From assembly GCA_951406725.2 (NCBI GenBank), contig OX597837.1, positions 10,602,001 to 10,666,000 of the forward strand: a stretch of DNA of 64,000 nt, read 5' to 3'. The first letter of the stretch is position 1. Each line of letters starts with the position of its first letter. The stretch comes from Octopus vulgaris. Lineage: Eukaryota. A program made the translations under genes and the position numbers. The notes below the pieces were generated by a model. That model ran no database searches and was not told where the DNA came from. It saw only the letters and a program-made list of their open reading frames with translations. Below are positions 29,986-45,672 of the stretch, one piece after another.

Positions 29986-29986
<1 letters not shown>
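29578..29986 (+). mobile_element. SINE family A with its 3' part folded back (inverted)
   Basis: The plus copy runs to ..cctggggtcga (about 29928), then continues as minus-strand A sequence. Confidence 0.85.
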
Positions 29987-30051
<65 letters not shown>

Positions 30052-30465
30052 GTATGTATATTTATGTATCTATCTATCTACTTACTTAGGTATGTATGGA
30101 TGTATGCATGCATGTGCGTAGATATATACACAGCGACTAGAATTTATTCGATCTGTGCTGCTTCTCACAATGTTTTCTCTTGCTGCATCTCACTTTCCAA
30201 TGAGATGTTGACAGCTTCGACTCCAAACGAATTCTTTAAAAGTATTCAAACTCGTTACTTCTACGAGGAAAGACACAAATGTCAAAAACGTAGACGAAGA
30301 ATGGATTGTATCACAGACAGACAGGCAAGCAGGCAGGCAGACAGACATGTATACTTTCAGATAGGAATGATTCTGTCTATGGTCAGCCAAGAGCTGACCA
30401 AAGCATTCTGAATGGATTTGGTGGTCTTAAACTAAAAGGAATCTGTCGAATGTCCGGGGATTATA

Positions 30466-30537
<72 letters not shown>

Positions 30538-30590
30538 TACATATATATACACGAATTCTCGTATAATTCCAACTTCTCTCTTTCATTTGT

Positions 30591-31190
<600 letters not shown>

Positions 31191-31234
31191 CAAATGAAAG
31201 ACAGAAGATGGAATATACACGATTTTTTTTATAA

Positions 31235-31338
31235 ATCACGACAATTGTTTCGACACATCTAGCAGCCATTCCTCTTGTGGGACATTCAACAACTGGTTCA
31301 GGAGTATCCGGTGGTGCAGATGTGTCTCGTCAGGTGAT
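31235..31338 (-). ncRNA. Canonical type-I hammerhead ribozyme motif (GUC cleavage triplet)
   Basis: atcac-CTGACGA-gacacatct...agatgtgtc-GAAA-CAATTG-TC-gtgat; 5-bp stem I, 9-bp perfect base of stem II, palindromic helix III. Confidence 0.88.
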
Positions 31339-32057
31339 AAATAGATAAAAACAACTCGTTAGGTTGACTGTCCCACAATGTAACTTTCTGTTTTGTAGAG
31401 AGAAAAACAGCCAGATGGAGGAGAAATCTTCGTACGTATGTATGTATGTATGTATGTATGTATGGGCGTATGGATGTATGTATCAATGTAATATTTTTCT
31501 GTGATTTTATTTGAGTTCATGAGAGACTTCAAGCAGGTCGCTAACAAAGCGACAAGATTTTGCGAGTAACGTATGTATGTATGTATGTATGTATGTATGC
31601 ATGCATGCATGTAAGTATGTTTAAATGTATGTATGTATGTATAGGTAAACAGACAAACAGACAGATGGGCGTTTATGCAAGTACACAGATTATAATACAA
31701 AAGCGTGAGAAAGGGCAGCGATCGATGAAACAAACGTAAGAAAACAAGGTGTGGACAGAATAATAGGGAAGTACTGGAAGATAGGAAGGAAGGAAGGAAG
31801 GCGTGGGCTAACGAGAAAGAGGGAGAGAGAGAAAGAAAGAGGAAAGGAGAGTGAGTGAAAGAGCGAGAATGCGAAAAGGGAGAAAAAAGAGAGAGAGGGG
31901 GATAAGGAAAGATATGGAGAAGGATAATCAGCCTAATAACCTCTCACGCATGTTATAATAGTACATGACCACAGGTTTCTCACAGAAGCGTCTCAGTCCT
32001 AGATGAACATGGCGAGATTTGAATTCTTATTATATATGAATATGCATGTGTACATAC

Positions 32058-32177
<120 letters not shown>

Positions 32178-32248
32178 GTGTTTATATATATATATATATA
32201 TATGTTATATATATGTGTGTATGTATATATATATATATATATGTTATA

Positions 32249-32283
<35 letters not shown>

Positions 32284-32342
32284 GTTATATATATGTGTGT
32301 ATGTATATATATATATATATATATATGTTATATATATGTGTG

Positions 32343-32410
<68 letters not shown>

Positions 32411-32678
32411 TATAGTGAGACAGAGAGTGAGAGGGAGGGAGAGAATTAAAATAAATATGGAGAATTATGCATCTTTTATAAGCCATTCACTATATATATA
32501 TATATATATACTTTGATAGGTTTCGGCCATTATTGGCCCAGGCCATGTCTAACTTAATAGCACACGCACATACATATATATATATATATAAATACACACA
32601 CATATGACCATACATAACAAACACACACACGTATTTGTGGACGCGCGCGTGTGTGTGTATATATGTCTATCTCTACTG

Positions 32679-32779
<101 letters not shown>

Positions 32780-32786
32780 TATATAT

Positions 32787-32823
<37 letters not shown>

Positions 32824-33179
32824 ATATATATATACATATGTACACACATACACACATGTGCATGCATCATTATGTATTTAACGAAAGAGATACAAAGCAC
32901 AGGAAACAAGACTAAAACAAAATGGATAAAAGGTACAAACGAAAGACACCCTTCATCAGTCGCTGATCAGAATGTCATGATGATTTCTGCACATTAGGAC
33001 AGTTTCTCTATTTACAGTGGTTGCCAGCAGTTTAAAAGTTGGAAGGAGCAGTAGGAACAAACAAATTTCAAACTTCTTGTGTATAATAGGAAGAGTTTGG
33101 CCAACAAGAGGAAACGAAAATCATTAGGGCCTTTCGACTTAACAAAAGCGATAGGATGACACTGAATCTTGCTACCGAA

Positions 33180-33393
33180 ATAATCCTTTCTAATATCTGC
33201 ACAAGGCCTGAAATTTCGGTGGGTGGGAGTTTGTCGATTATATTGACCCCAGTGCTCAACTGGTACTTATTTTATCGATCCCGAAAGGATGAAAGGTAAA
33301 AATCGACTTTGGTGACATTTGAACTCAGAATGTGAAGTTGGAAAAAATGCCATGAACCATTTTGTCCGGCGCGGCAGCGATTCCGCGGCCTTC
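33180..33393 (-). mobile_element. SINE family B, old copy with (ATT)n-type tail
   Basis: Diverged match to the B body. Confidence 0.75.
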
Positions 33394-33453
33394 TTGTTAC
33401 TGAAATAATGAAACGGAATGAGGGACGGTTATACATAGAAATAACAGAGGGGG

Positions 33454-33481
33454 TAGGGTTAGGGTTAGGGTTAGGGTTAGG
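33454..33481 (+). repeat. Short interstitial (TTAGGG)n, about 4.5 units
   Basis: tagggttagggttagggttagggttagg. Confidence 0.9.
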
Positions 33482-34012
33482 AAAATAAGTGATTATTTGA
33501 ACAATAGCCACTGAACGGATTAAGAGGGGAATGATAAAGAAACTAAGTGACCTATATCCTGATGAGATTGACAAAGATGGGACCAACGGGCAAAAGAAGT
33601 GGGGATGCAGAAATGCAGAGAATCGCAGAGAGGAGGAATGCGAGGGCGGAAAGAAGAGAAACAGAGAAAGAGGCTGGAGAGAAAGGAGAAAGACAGAAAA
33701 GATGAACTAAATGCGAGAGCGAGATGAGAAAGAAACAATTTTGCAATGAGAGGTCAGAAAGAACGGTTGTAATAGAAGGACCGACTCCTGATACTAATAA
33801 TAAAACGAGGAGAAAATAAGCAAAGGAGGAGAAGGAAACGTATAAGGCTGGAGAAACAAAATTAATATGGACGTAGTTGGATACTCCCTTCCTCAGTCTG
33901 TGTTCTGTAGGTCATGGCGATTTCAGCACCTTACAATGGTTCTGCTGTTTCCATTGCTGATATACTACATATAAATGCGTGCATGTATGTGCATGCGCAC
34001 CTGTATGATATA

Positions 34013-34067
<55 letters not shown>

Positions 34068-34164
34068 TATATGTAAGTGTGTGTGTGTATTATGTAACTA
34101 TATACTTATGTATGTATATGTATGTATATATATATATATATGTATGTATGTATGTATGAGTATA

Positions 34165-34200
<36 letters not shown>

Positions 34201-34519
34201 TGTGTGTGTATATATATATATATGTGTGTGTGTGTGTATATGTATATATATATGTATATATATGTGTGTGTATATATATATATATGTATATATACATGCA
34301 TATATATATACGCATACATATATAGGCTTATACTTATATATACATACATGTATATACATGCATGAGATAGGAAGATAAGAAAGCAGATAAAGATAAACAG
34401 ATAAAGAGAGAGAGAGAGAGAACGAGAGAGACGAATAGACAGACAGACAGACAGACAGACTGCAATAAATAAATATGTAAATATAGACTCACAATTTATG
34501 AAGTTATGCACACACACGG

Positions 34520-34576
<57 letters not shown>

Positions 34577-35084
34577 CACACATTCATGTAGATAGGCAAT
34601 CATACAATACATAGATACATAAGCAAATACATACATATACTTACATAGATATATATATATACATACATATATACATACATACATCTATACATGTGCACAG
34701 TAATTGATCCATTGTAGTTTAAGGCTCTAATTAAAAGCGTCCTGGTGATCGATATTTAATAATCCTGCAAATGTCTTATCAATTGCCGAGGATGAAATTG
34801 ATATCATCTTGCAAGGCTTGGAAATTCCACTTTCCTTAAAGCAGACATAATCTTGGAATTCTCTCATTCTTTTTACCAATTCCATTTGGTCATCTGTATG
34901 TGTATGTGTGTGTATGATTATATATTTATGTATGTGTGTGCGTGTATAATTATATATGCATGTATGTATGTGTGTGTATAATTATATATGCATGTATGTA
35001 TGTGTGTGTATAATTATATATGTATGTATGTGTGTGTATAATTATATATATAGTTAAGATATATATAGTTAATATATATAGTTA

Positions 35085-35368
35085 AGAAAGCACAAAAAAA
35101 CACAACAACGCGAGGACGTGGAACAAAAATAGTATTATTGGACGCTCAGGAAAGAAGGAGGGTTTAACGTTTCGAGCGGGGCTCTTCGTCGATATATATA
35201 TATGGGAGAATTCACAAAAAAACAAAACAACAAAAGATGAAGATAGGTGGTGTAGACAACAAACAGATGTATTAGTATAACACTCGGGAAGTGAAAAAGT
35301 CTTTTACTTTTACGTTTCTACAGAAAGGGACACAGAAAAAACAAGGAGAGAAAAAAAAATGCGTTGTG

Positions 35369-35370
<2 letters not shown>
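35085..35370 (-). mobile_element. Adjacent truncated pLTR copies of P2 (35085-35191) and P1 (35203-35370)
   Basis: Reverse-complement matches to 12860-12978 and 12620-12765; stem II of the P1 copy is deleted. Confidence 0.7.
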
Positions 35371-35421
<51 letters not shown>

Positions 35422-35756
35422 GTATACACTCACCACCACCATGATCATTATCAGCACAATCATCATCATCATCATCACCATCACATCATTGTCAAGGGCT
35501 AAGAGACCCCCTTCGGTCATAAATTACCATGGGATTACATCTAGAAAGTTCCCCCTCCAAGGCGCAAATCCGAGCAATGTTGTTTATGGAAGACCAGCAG
35601 TGACCCATGAATACAAGTCTCCCGTCTCCCCCGTCACTGACGTTATCCAAGGGAAAGGCAAAGAAGCCGATACAGCTTGTCACCAGTGACGTCGCAACTC
35701 TTTTCTATAGATGAGTGAACTGGAGCAACGCGAAATAAAATGCCTGGCGCAAGAAT

Positions 35757-36427
35757 CAGCGCTGGATTAAACATTAAGCAAAATAAGCAGGGAGAACACC
35801 ACAGAAATGGTAAAACTGTTTACGGCGCAAAGGGAATCTCTATAAATTTGGTAAAATATCTCATTCTTAGGCTTGATTCGCTTTGAAAAATAAAAATTTA
35901 TTTTATGATTTACTACTGTTTACATTTTGAAATATGGGGGTAGCAAAATCTTCTTAGTGCCTACGCCCTCTGTGGGTCTTAATCCGGCCTTATTTCTTAT
36001 TTCTTTACTGCCCATAAGGGGCTAAACACAGAGGTGACAAACAAGGACAGACAAACGGATTAAATCGATTATATCGACCCCGGTGTGTAACTGGTACTTA
36101 ATTTATCGACGCCGAAAGGATGAAAGGCAAACTCGACCTCGGCGGAATTTGAACTCAGAACGTAACGGCAGACGAAATACCTATTTCTTTACTACCCACA
36201 AGGGGCTAACACACAGTGAGGACAAACAAGGACAGACAAAAGGATTAAGTCGATTATATCGATCCCAGTGCGCATCTGGTACTTAATTTATCGACCCCGA
36301 AAGGATGAAAGGCAAAGTCGACTTCGGCGGAATTTGAACTCAGAACGTAGCGGCAGACGAAATACCGCTAAGCATTTCGCCCGGCGTGCTAACGATTCTG
36401 CCAGCTCGCCGCCTTAATCCGGCCTTG
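35757..36427. mobile_element. hAT-like MITE (about 235 bp without the nested SINE)
   Basis: TIRs cagcgctggattaa / ttaatccggccttg; 8-bp TSD gcaagaat (35749-35756) / gcaaaaat (36428-36435). Confidence 0.7.
35991..36415 (-). mobile_element. SINE family B, dimeric, inserted in the MITE TIR
   Basis: TSD aatccggcct at 35981-35990 and 36416-36425. Confidence 0.92.
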
Positions 36428-37792
36428 GCAAAAATAACAACACACAGCCCGGTCCGGGAATCGAACTCACATTGTGAGCCCGACGCTCTAACCACTGAGC
36501 CATGCACCGTCGCATCATCATTGTCAACAGCATCGACCACAACCACAACAACAGCAGCAGCAAATCCATCAATTACAAAATGGAAATTAACAACACTAAC
36601 AAGAACAACAACAATGTCAACCGTTTAAACAGATTTAACTTTGACGGGAGAAAGAGAACAGCGCTGACGACGACGACGATAACGGGGCAGAAACAAAACA
36701 AATCAAATAATCGATTATAATTACACCTTCCCCTCTCCACTCTACCGAATCCTCCTCAAACACTGTCGTTCATCTGGGCAATATCTACACTCTTTCTTCC
36801 CTTCTCTCTCTGTCTCTCTCTCTGTCTCCCTCTCTCTCTCCGTTTTCCTTTTTTTTCTTTCCTTCTTTCTCTCTGTCTCACGCTTTTTCTTTCTTTCTCA
36901 TTCTCTTTCTATATCTCTCTCTCTTCTATCTTTCTATCGCTCTCACTCACTCTTCTTTCTTTCTATCGCTCTCACTCACTCTTCTTTCTTTCTATCGCTC
37001 TCACTCTCTCTTTTCTTTCTTTCTTTCGCTCTCACTCTCTCTTTCTCTCTATTTCCTTGTCTCTCTCTCCCTTTCTCACTGTCTGTTTGACTCTCTCTCT
37101 CTCTCTCTCTCTCTCGCCCCTAATGTCACTTGTGTACCTACCCACACATTCATTTTTTCACCTATAATAAAGATAGATAGATAGATCTACACACACACCC
37201 TCTCTCCTTTCTCTTCTTCTCTCCTCTCTCTCCCTTTCTCTCTCTCTTTCCATTCTCTCCTCTCCCTCTCTCTCCCCTACTCTCCCACACACACATTACG
37301 CACTCACATATGTATAAACATACACACTCACTCGCTCCTCGCTCTCGTTCTCTCTCCCTCTCACACACACACACTTTCTCTGTCACACAAACATACACAC
37401 CCTCTCCCTTTCTCCACCCTCCCTCTCTCCACCCCATTCTCCCTCCCACTCCATCCCTACCCCACCCCATCTCCTCTCGTCCCCTTTCCATCACCTCCCT
37501 CCCTCTCAACACCCACCCCACCTCCGATCTCTCTTTCCCCTCTCCCTCTCTCCCCTCATACACACAAGAATATATATTTTTAAAAAGTCTTAAAAAAAAA
37601 AGAAACTTGATTTATTCTTAAGGTTTTGTTGTTGTTGTTTCGATGTCATTCGGTGCATTTATCTGCACATCAGTAAAAACACAAACAACACAAAACAAAG
37701 AAAACACAATAAAAGGGGGGAAACAAGGAGAATAACTGTTGTAATTTATAAGATACGATTTAGTAATAGATACGCCACATTGATTCAACACT

Positions 37793-38166
37793 TACAAACA
37801 CACACAAACAAGCACACAAACACACACACATACTTACACACGCACACACAAACACACACACACACACAAACACATACACACACACAAACACACACACACA
37901 CAGACAAACACACACAAACAAACACACACACATACAAACACACACGAACACACACAAACACACACACACACACAAACAAACACACACGCACGCACACACA
38001 CAGAAACACACACACACACACACAAACACATACAAACACACACGCACGCACACACACACACAAACACATACAAACACGCACAAACACACACAAACAAAGA
38101 CACACATACACACAAGCAAACACACACACAAGCAAACACACACACATGCACGCGAACACACATACA

Positions 38167-38199
<33 letters not shown>

Positions 38200-38268
38200 A
38201 CACATACACACAGACACACACAAACACACACGCGCACGCACACACAAACACACACACACACACACACA
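37793..38268. repeat. Degenerate (CA)n/(CAAA)n tract
   Basis: Seen directly. Confidence 0.95.
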
Positions 38269-38324
38269 GCGTTTCGGTTCAATTAAAACAGAGGCAGACA
38301 CACAGACAGAAATATATTTATTTT

Positions 38325-38482
38325 CTTTCATTCTTGTATTTGTTTCAGTCATTTGACTGCGGCCATGCTGGAGCACCGCCTTTAGTCGAGCAAATCGACC
38401 CCGGGACTTAATCTTTGTAAGCCTAGTACTTATTCAGTCGGTCTATTTTGCCGAACCGCTACGTTACATACATGTATATGTG

Positions 38483-38515
<33 letters not shown>

Positions 38516-38544
38516 ATGTTCGAGTGTGTACATCTGTGTGTGCA

Positions 38545-38599
<55 letters not shown>

Positions 38600-38995
38600 G
38601 CGCAAGCGCGATTGTGCGGTAAGAAGCTTACTTCTCAACCACATAGTTCCGGGTTCAATCCCACTACGTGGCACCTTGAGCAAGTGTCTTCTACCATAGC
38701 CTTGGGTATGTGATTCGGTAGACGGAAACTGAAAGAAGCCCGTTGTATATGTATGTATAGGTATATTAATATCTATGCGTGTCTCCCCTTGTGTCTGTGT
38801 TTGTCCCTTTACAACTGCTTGACAAGCGGTGTTTGTTTGTTTGTGTTTCCGTAACTTAGCAGTTCGGCAAAACAGAGCGAGCAGCAGGCTTAAGACATAA
38901 GTCCTGGGGCCGATTCAATCGGCTGAATAATTCAAGGTACTGCTCCAGCATCGCCACAGTCTAATGACTGAAAGCAGTAAACGATAAAAGAATAT
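38325..38995. mobile_element. SINE family A: minus 3' fragment (38325-38466) and older plus full copy (38598-38995)
   Basis: Matches to the A consensus. Confidence 0.85.
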
Positions 38996-39110
38996 GTATG
39001 TGTGTGTGCGTGTATATGTATGTATGTACACACACATATATATACATATATATATACATACACACACGTGCATCTATATATGTGTATATAAGAAATATGT
39101 GTATATAAAA

Positions 39111-39143
<33 letters not shown>

Positions 39144-39173
39144 CACGTGCATCTATATATATGTATATAAGAA

Positions 39174-39385
<212 letters not shown>

Positions 39386-39772
39386 GTGTGTATTCATATA
39401 CAAATATGTGTGTGTGTTTTTGTGCCCGTGTACACACACATACACACTTTATCCTAAGAATAATCATAATTCCGTGAGATAAGCCCATGTGAATAAACAA
39501 ACTTGTATTCGTTTCATCAACTGGACCGGCACGGGAGATAGTTATCCGAAATGAGCTCGTTTATATACACTCGCAGCTGACGAAAAACGAAACAAAACAG
39601 AACAATAAAAGAAGAAAAAAAAACCAAGCCATTGCAAACAAAAGTCGAAAAATGCTTAGATTCTTAGCAGAAGTCTCCAGAGGTACTTGGCGAGCGACAA
39701 AGTGCCGAACAGTTTCGGATATCAATTTAAAATCCTGAAACTGGCAACATGCATACATACATACATACACAC

Positions 39773-39828
<56 letters not shown>

Positions 39829-39977
39829 TTCCTGAGCGTCCAACAATACTATATTTGTTCCACGTCCTCGCGTTGTTGTGTTTTTTTGTGCTTTCTTGTT
39901 TGGATTAACTATATATATATATATATGTATACACACACACATATTTACATATATATATGTACATATATTTACATATG

Positions 39978-40009
<32 letters not shown>

Positions 40010-40935
40010 CACATATATCTTTTATCTGTCTTACTTGTTTCACTATATTTGAAAACGGTAGCATCTTAAACGATTGTTCACTATTTATACACATATTTAG
40101 ATCTACATATCAATGCACATACATATAACACACACACACACACATACACATATGTACACGTATATATTCATGTAAATAGACAGATGTGTGTGTGTGTCTG
40201 CGCGCATGTACAACATATAAAATATAAATCAAACATAAAATATAACGTCGCGTAACTTCCCAAGCTTGAATCTTCCCGTTTTTTACATCTTTTCCGCTTC
40301 CCTCTGGTACATACTCTTCTTTTTCTACTATGTGAAAAAACTCCCTTTCCGAAATCTTATAGCGATTATTTCAGATTGTGTCTTGTTCCTTATTTTAGAG
40401 TATAAACTTCATTGTACACTGCTTTGTTTGCTGATTTTTTAACTTTATATTTCCACACTTTTCTTGCGCCTACTTTCGCTTGTCTTATTCTTCCTTTGTT
40501 TATTTGTTCTATCTATGCTTGTTAGTTTCTTTGTTTGGTTTTTATCTGTTTACAATCTTATGCTGACACCAAAATATTCAATTCTTCGTGAATTGACCAT
40601 AATAAATATACACAGTTTAACCGTCACTCACAAACAAGTATGAACTTGTAACATTTAACCCACCCCCACCACACACACACACACACACACACACGTACAC
40701 ACTTTTTGCTCTTTATTTTAGGTGCCATTGCAGTTGCGAGTGGCCATGTGCTTCCTCTCGATCTGCCCGTCTTAGATCCAGCGAAGCATCAAGGACATAA
40801 TTGCTGGATGATGAAACACGTGTTCAAGTAGTCAGCTGGTACTTTTTAAACTCAGTAGACCGAGTACGTGTGAAACGACGTGCCTTTCCTAAGGACCCAA
40901 CGCACCACGCGTTCCAGGGATTGAACTCACAACAT

Positions 40936-41275
40936 TGGAATTTTTGAAAAGTAAAAATTTTGCATTAATTAGCTTGTTGTTCTCTTTAAGTGGACATTTT
41001 TCTGGTTGAAATACACCGAAAAATGGCGACACGGCAGTAAAAAAGTCGTAAAAAATAGGGATTTTCATAGAAAAAAAAGCACCTTTTTGATGTAAATAAT
41101 TTTTGGTGTTAACATGATCCGATTCGAATTTTATCTTCTATGGAATGAAGAGCAAGCCTTCTATCATACTCTCAATTTTGGTCAACTTGCGCAGCAGGGT
41201 CTTGGAGGAGATGGTGTTAGTTGAAGGCTACCAAACCTGCCATACACACACAACTTCAGCTTTATATTGAGAGAT
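40936..41275 (+). mobile_element. Helitron/Helentron-like non-autonomous 3' fragment, next to a decayed SINE C (about 40830-40935)
   Basis: ..caattttggtcaa..cacacac..ctttatattgagagat terminus typical of DINE-1-like elements (from memory). Confidence 0.45.
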
Positions 41276-41467
41276 ATATATACACAAACGCAAATACATG
41301 AAGACACAAACGCGCGCATACAGCCATACACGCACACACACACACACAGATAAGTCCTACATATGAATTCGCATATGAGCCACAGACTCGACCACATCTA
41401 TCACGTAAATGCTTTTACCTAAACACCTGCGCTCTTGCTCTTGGAGTCGTTATAGCTGCTGCTGATG

Positions 41468-41836
41468 CTTGTTTGTTTGTTGAGCGAAGCAGTCTTCGTC
41501 CTGGGAGAAGTCCGAAACGTGGTCCCTTGCTATTCGTAAGACCGGCAGAAGAGAAAGCAGGTCAAACCCCGACACCGAGAGCATCGACGGATGGATGAAT
41601 GCGCATCCAGGCTCAGCGGTTGCGTAGGAAGTCGGGGACAAGAAACAGGAAGAAAGAGTGAGAGAAAGTTGGAGTTAAGGAGTACAACAGGGGTCGCCAC
41701 CCACCCCCCTGCCGGAGCCTCATGGAGCTTTAGGTGTTTTCGCTCAATAAACACACACACGCCCGGTCCGGGAATCGAAACCGCAATCCTCCGACCGCGA
41801 GTCCGCTGCCCTAACCACTGAGCCATTGCACCTCCA
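41468..41836 (-). mobile_element. SINE family D, full length
   Basis: tRNA head tggctcagtgg..ggtttcgattccc, (ACAA)n tail, about 12-bp TSD ctgctgctg(c)atg. Confidence 0.88.
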
Positions 41837-42096
41837 CTGCTGCTGCATGAATGTCGTTGTCTTTGCCGCTTTTGTATGTTACTATGTTCGCTCTAGAAAA
41901 CGAGGAGGTGCCATACTTTTTTTTTTTTTTTTAATTAAATGTCACGAGACCTATTCGTGATTTAACACAAAATCCCAAGATCCGGTTTCAATTTCGACGG
42001 TTTGCGGCCATTTTATTATCCCATTTATTCAGACACCGAGAAGCCGCAGAAAAATAGCAGAGAATCAAAATAAAAGAAGATAAAGAAAATCAGAAC

Positions 42097-42906
<810 letters not shown>

Positions 42907-42915
42907 TTATATATT

Positions 42916-42953
<38 letters not shown>

Positions 42954-43934
42954 CGTGTGCATGTGTACAAAAACGACTCACACAAACACACACACACACA
43001 CACGACGAGCTTCCACGAAATTTCCGTCAACAAGGCCTTGGTCGTACAGGGACTACAGTCGTAGAAAGAGAGACAAGACCAATGTACCACGCTGTGGGGC
43101 CGAACCCAGAAACACTCGGCTGGAAAGCGAGCCTCTTAAACCACACAGACACGCGCACTCCTAACGTAATATGTAAACATTAAAAAAAGGCCTTGTAGAC
43201 GTCACGAAAATCATTGGTGCTCAATTTGTGTCATTCACGTCTTCCATACTTTCTCGATTGCTGGGTATGCTCCAATATCCATCTTTCTGCTGCAACAAGC
43301 CAATGCAGCACATTACAAGCGGAGAAGCTTTATATACATATATATATATTCTAAGCTGATATTGAATTAAACGTAGCTGCTGCATTAACGATAATTTGAT
43401 TAAATATATGGAAGAATGTAATTGCATTCATTATGGAAACATAATTACATTTATTATGATAATGTAGTTAGAAATATTTAAGTAAAATTTATTTGTAAAA
43501 ACGTTAAGTGACCTTTTGGTGAACTTTATATTTACGCTGGTTCAATCTTTGCATTGTGGCCATGCTGGGACCTTGAATGGTTTACCCTACGAAAATTGAC
43601 ATTAATATCCAACAATTATCTCTTTTAAAGTCTCCTGGTTACTCAGTCGGGTGCTTTTACCCAACCGCTAATTTGCCAGGGCTTAAACAAACCAACACCG
43701 ACACCGATCGTCAAGCGGATATGTATATACACAAACATACATACATGCATATATACATACTCATGCATACATACATACATACATACATACATACACTTCG
43801 TGGCATTTCGTTGGTCTTCACGTTGAGTTCAAACTCCATTGAAGTGACTTTATCTTTCATCCTCCTCGAGAGTGAAAGATATCTATCGTGGTTCATATAA
43901 TCGACTAGCCTTCTATGAAAAAACTTCAGGCTTT

Positions 43935-44341
43935 ATACTCTTTACTCTTTTACTTGTTTCAGTCATTTGACTGCGACCATGCTGGAGCACTGCCTTTAAT
44001 CGAGCAACTCGACCCCGGGACTTATTCTTTGTAAGCCCAGTACTTATTCTATCGGTCTCTTTTACCGAACCGCTAAGTAACGGGGACATAAACACACCAG
44101 CATCGGTTGTCAAGCAATGCTAGGGGGACAAACACAGACACACAAACACACACGCACACATATATATGTATACTTATATACGACGGGCTTTCAGTTTCCG
44201 TCTACCAAATCCACTCACAAGGCTTCGGTCGGCCCGAGGCTATAGTAGAAGACACTTTCCCAAGGTGCCACGCAGTGGGACTGAACCCGGAACCATGTGG
44301 TTCGTAAGCAAGCTACTTACCACACAGCCACTCCTACGCCT
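43935..44341 (-). mobile_element. SINE family A, full length
   Basis: Match to the A consensus. Confidence 0.93.
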
Positions 44342-44382
44342 ATATATATATATAAAGAACCAATTATTATTATTATTATTAT

Positions 44383-44584
44383 AAAGGCAACAAGCTGGCA
44401 GAACAGTTAACACACCGGGCAAAATGCTTCGTCACTACGTTCTGAGTTCAAATTCCGTCGATCCCGACTTTGTCTTTCTTCCTTCCAGGGTCGATAAAAT
44501 AAGTACCAGTTGACTACTGGGGTCGATGTATTCGACTCATCCCCTCACGAGATTGCTGGCCTTGTGCCAATGTTTGAAATAATA

Positions 44585-44655
<71 letters not shown>

Positions 44656-44995
44656 GGCGGCGAGCTGGCAGAAACGTTAGCGCGCCGGGCGAAATGCATA
44701 GCGGTATTTCGTCTGCCGCTACGTTCTGAGTTCAAATTCAGCCGAGGTCGACTTTGCCTTTCATCCTTTTGGGGTCGATTAAATAAGTGCCAGTTACGCA
44801 CTGGAGTTGATATATCCGTTTGTCTGTCCTTGTTTGTCTCCTCTGTGTTTAGCCCTTGTGGGTAGTAAAGAAATAGGTATTTCGTCTATCTTACGTTCAT
44901 AGTTCAAATTCCGCCCAGGTCGACTTTGCCTTTCATCCTTTCGGGGTCATAGCCCCCTCCCACAAAATTTCATGCTTTGTGCCTATAGTAGAAAG

Positions 44996-45000
<5 letters not shown>
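44383..45000 (+). mobile_element. Two SINE B copies in (ATT)n (44383-44580 monomer; 44654-45000 dimer with mixed tails)
   Basis: Matches to the B consensus. Confidence 0.88.
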
Positions 45001-45031
<31 letters not shown>

Positions 45032-45240
45032 GTTTGGCTTTTGCGTAGTATTTGTACAAATTGACTCCCAAGTCGAAAAATTAAACTACATTAAACTTAC
45101 AAATTACAATTTTCTCAAGAAAGCCCAAGAGAAAAAACTGTTTTATTTTGGCACATTCTACCAGTATACGAAGTTTATAAGCGTTTAGTTAACTAGAAAT
45201 TGTGTTGAAAACTGCCGTTCAAAAGGAAAAGATCCGTAAT

Positions 45241-45280
<40 letters not shown>

Positions 45281-45302
45281 GGTGGTGGTGGTGGTGGTGA
45301 TG

Positions 45303-45349
<47 letters not shown>

Positions 45350-45449
45350 AGTAGTAGAAGTAGTAGTATCAGTGGTGGTGGTGGTAGTAGTAGTAGTAGT
45401 GGTGGTGGTGGTGGTGATGGTGGTGGTAGTAGTAGAAGTAGTAGTGGTG

Positions 45450-45480
<31 letters not shown>

Positions 45481-45485
45481 CAGTG

Positions 45486-45529
<44 letters not shown>

Positions 45530-45533
45530 TGTG

Positions 45534-45596
<63 letters not shown>

Positions 45597-45672
45597 GTAG
45601 TATTAGTAGTAGTAGTGGCAGCAGCAGCAGCAGCAGTAGTAGAAATCGTTGTAGTAGCAGCAGTAGCAGCAG
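45241..45672. repeat. (TAG)n/(TGG)n/(CAG)n trinucleotide tract
   Basis: Seen directly. Confidence 0.96.

Larger units (their letters stand above)
35490..36508 (-). mobile_element. Old SINE family C copy split by nested insertions (body 35490-35756, head 36428-36508)
   Basis: The rejoined sequence matches the C head and CORE-like region of 47095-47227. Confidence 0.7.

Noticed and set aside
39577-39596. CTGACGA..GAAA
   Set aside because: No stem II or stem I pairing.
41760-41836. tRNA-like sequences here and at other SINE heads
   Set aside because: They continue into SINE bodies with TSDs and lack a proper acceptor stem.
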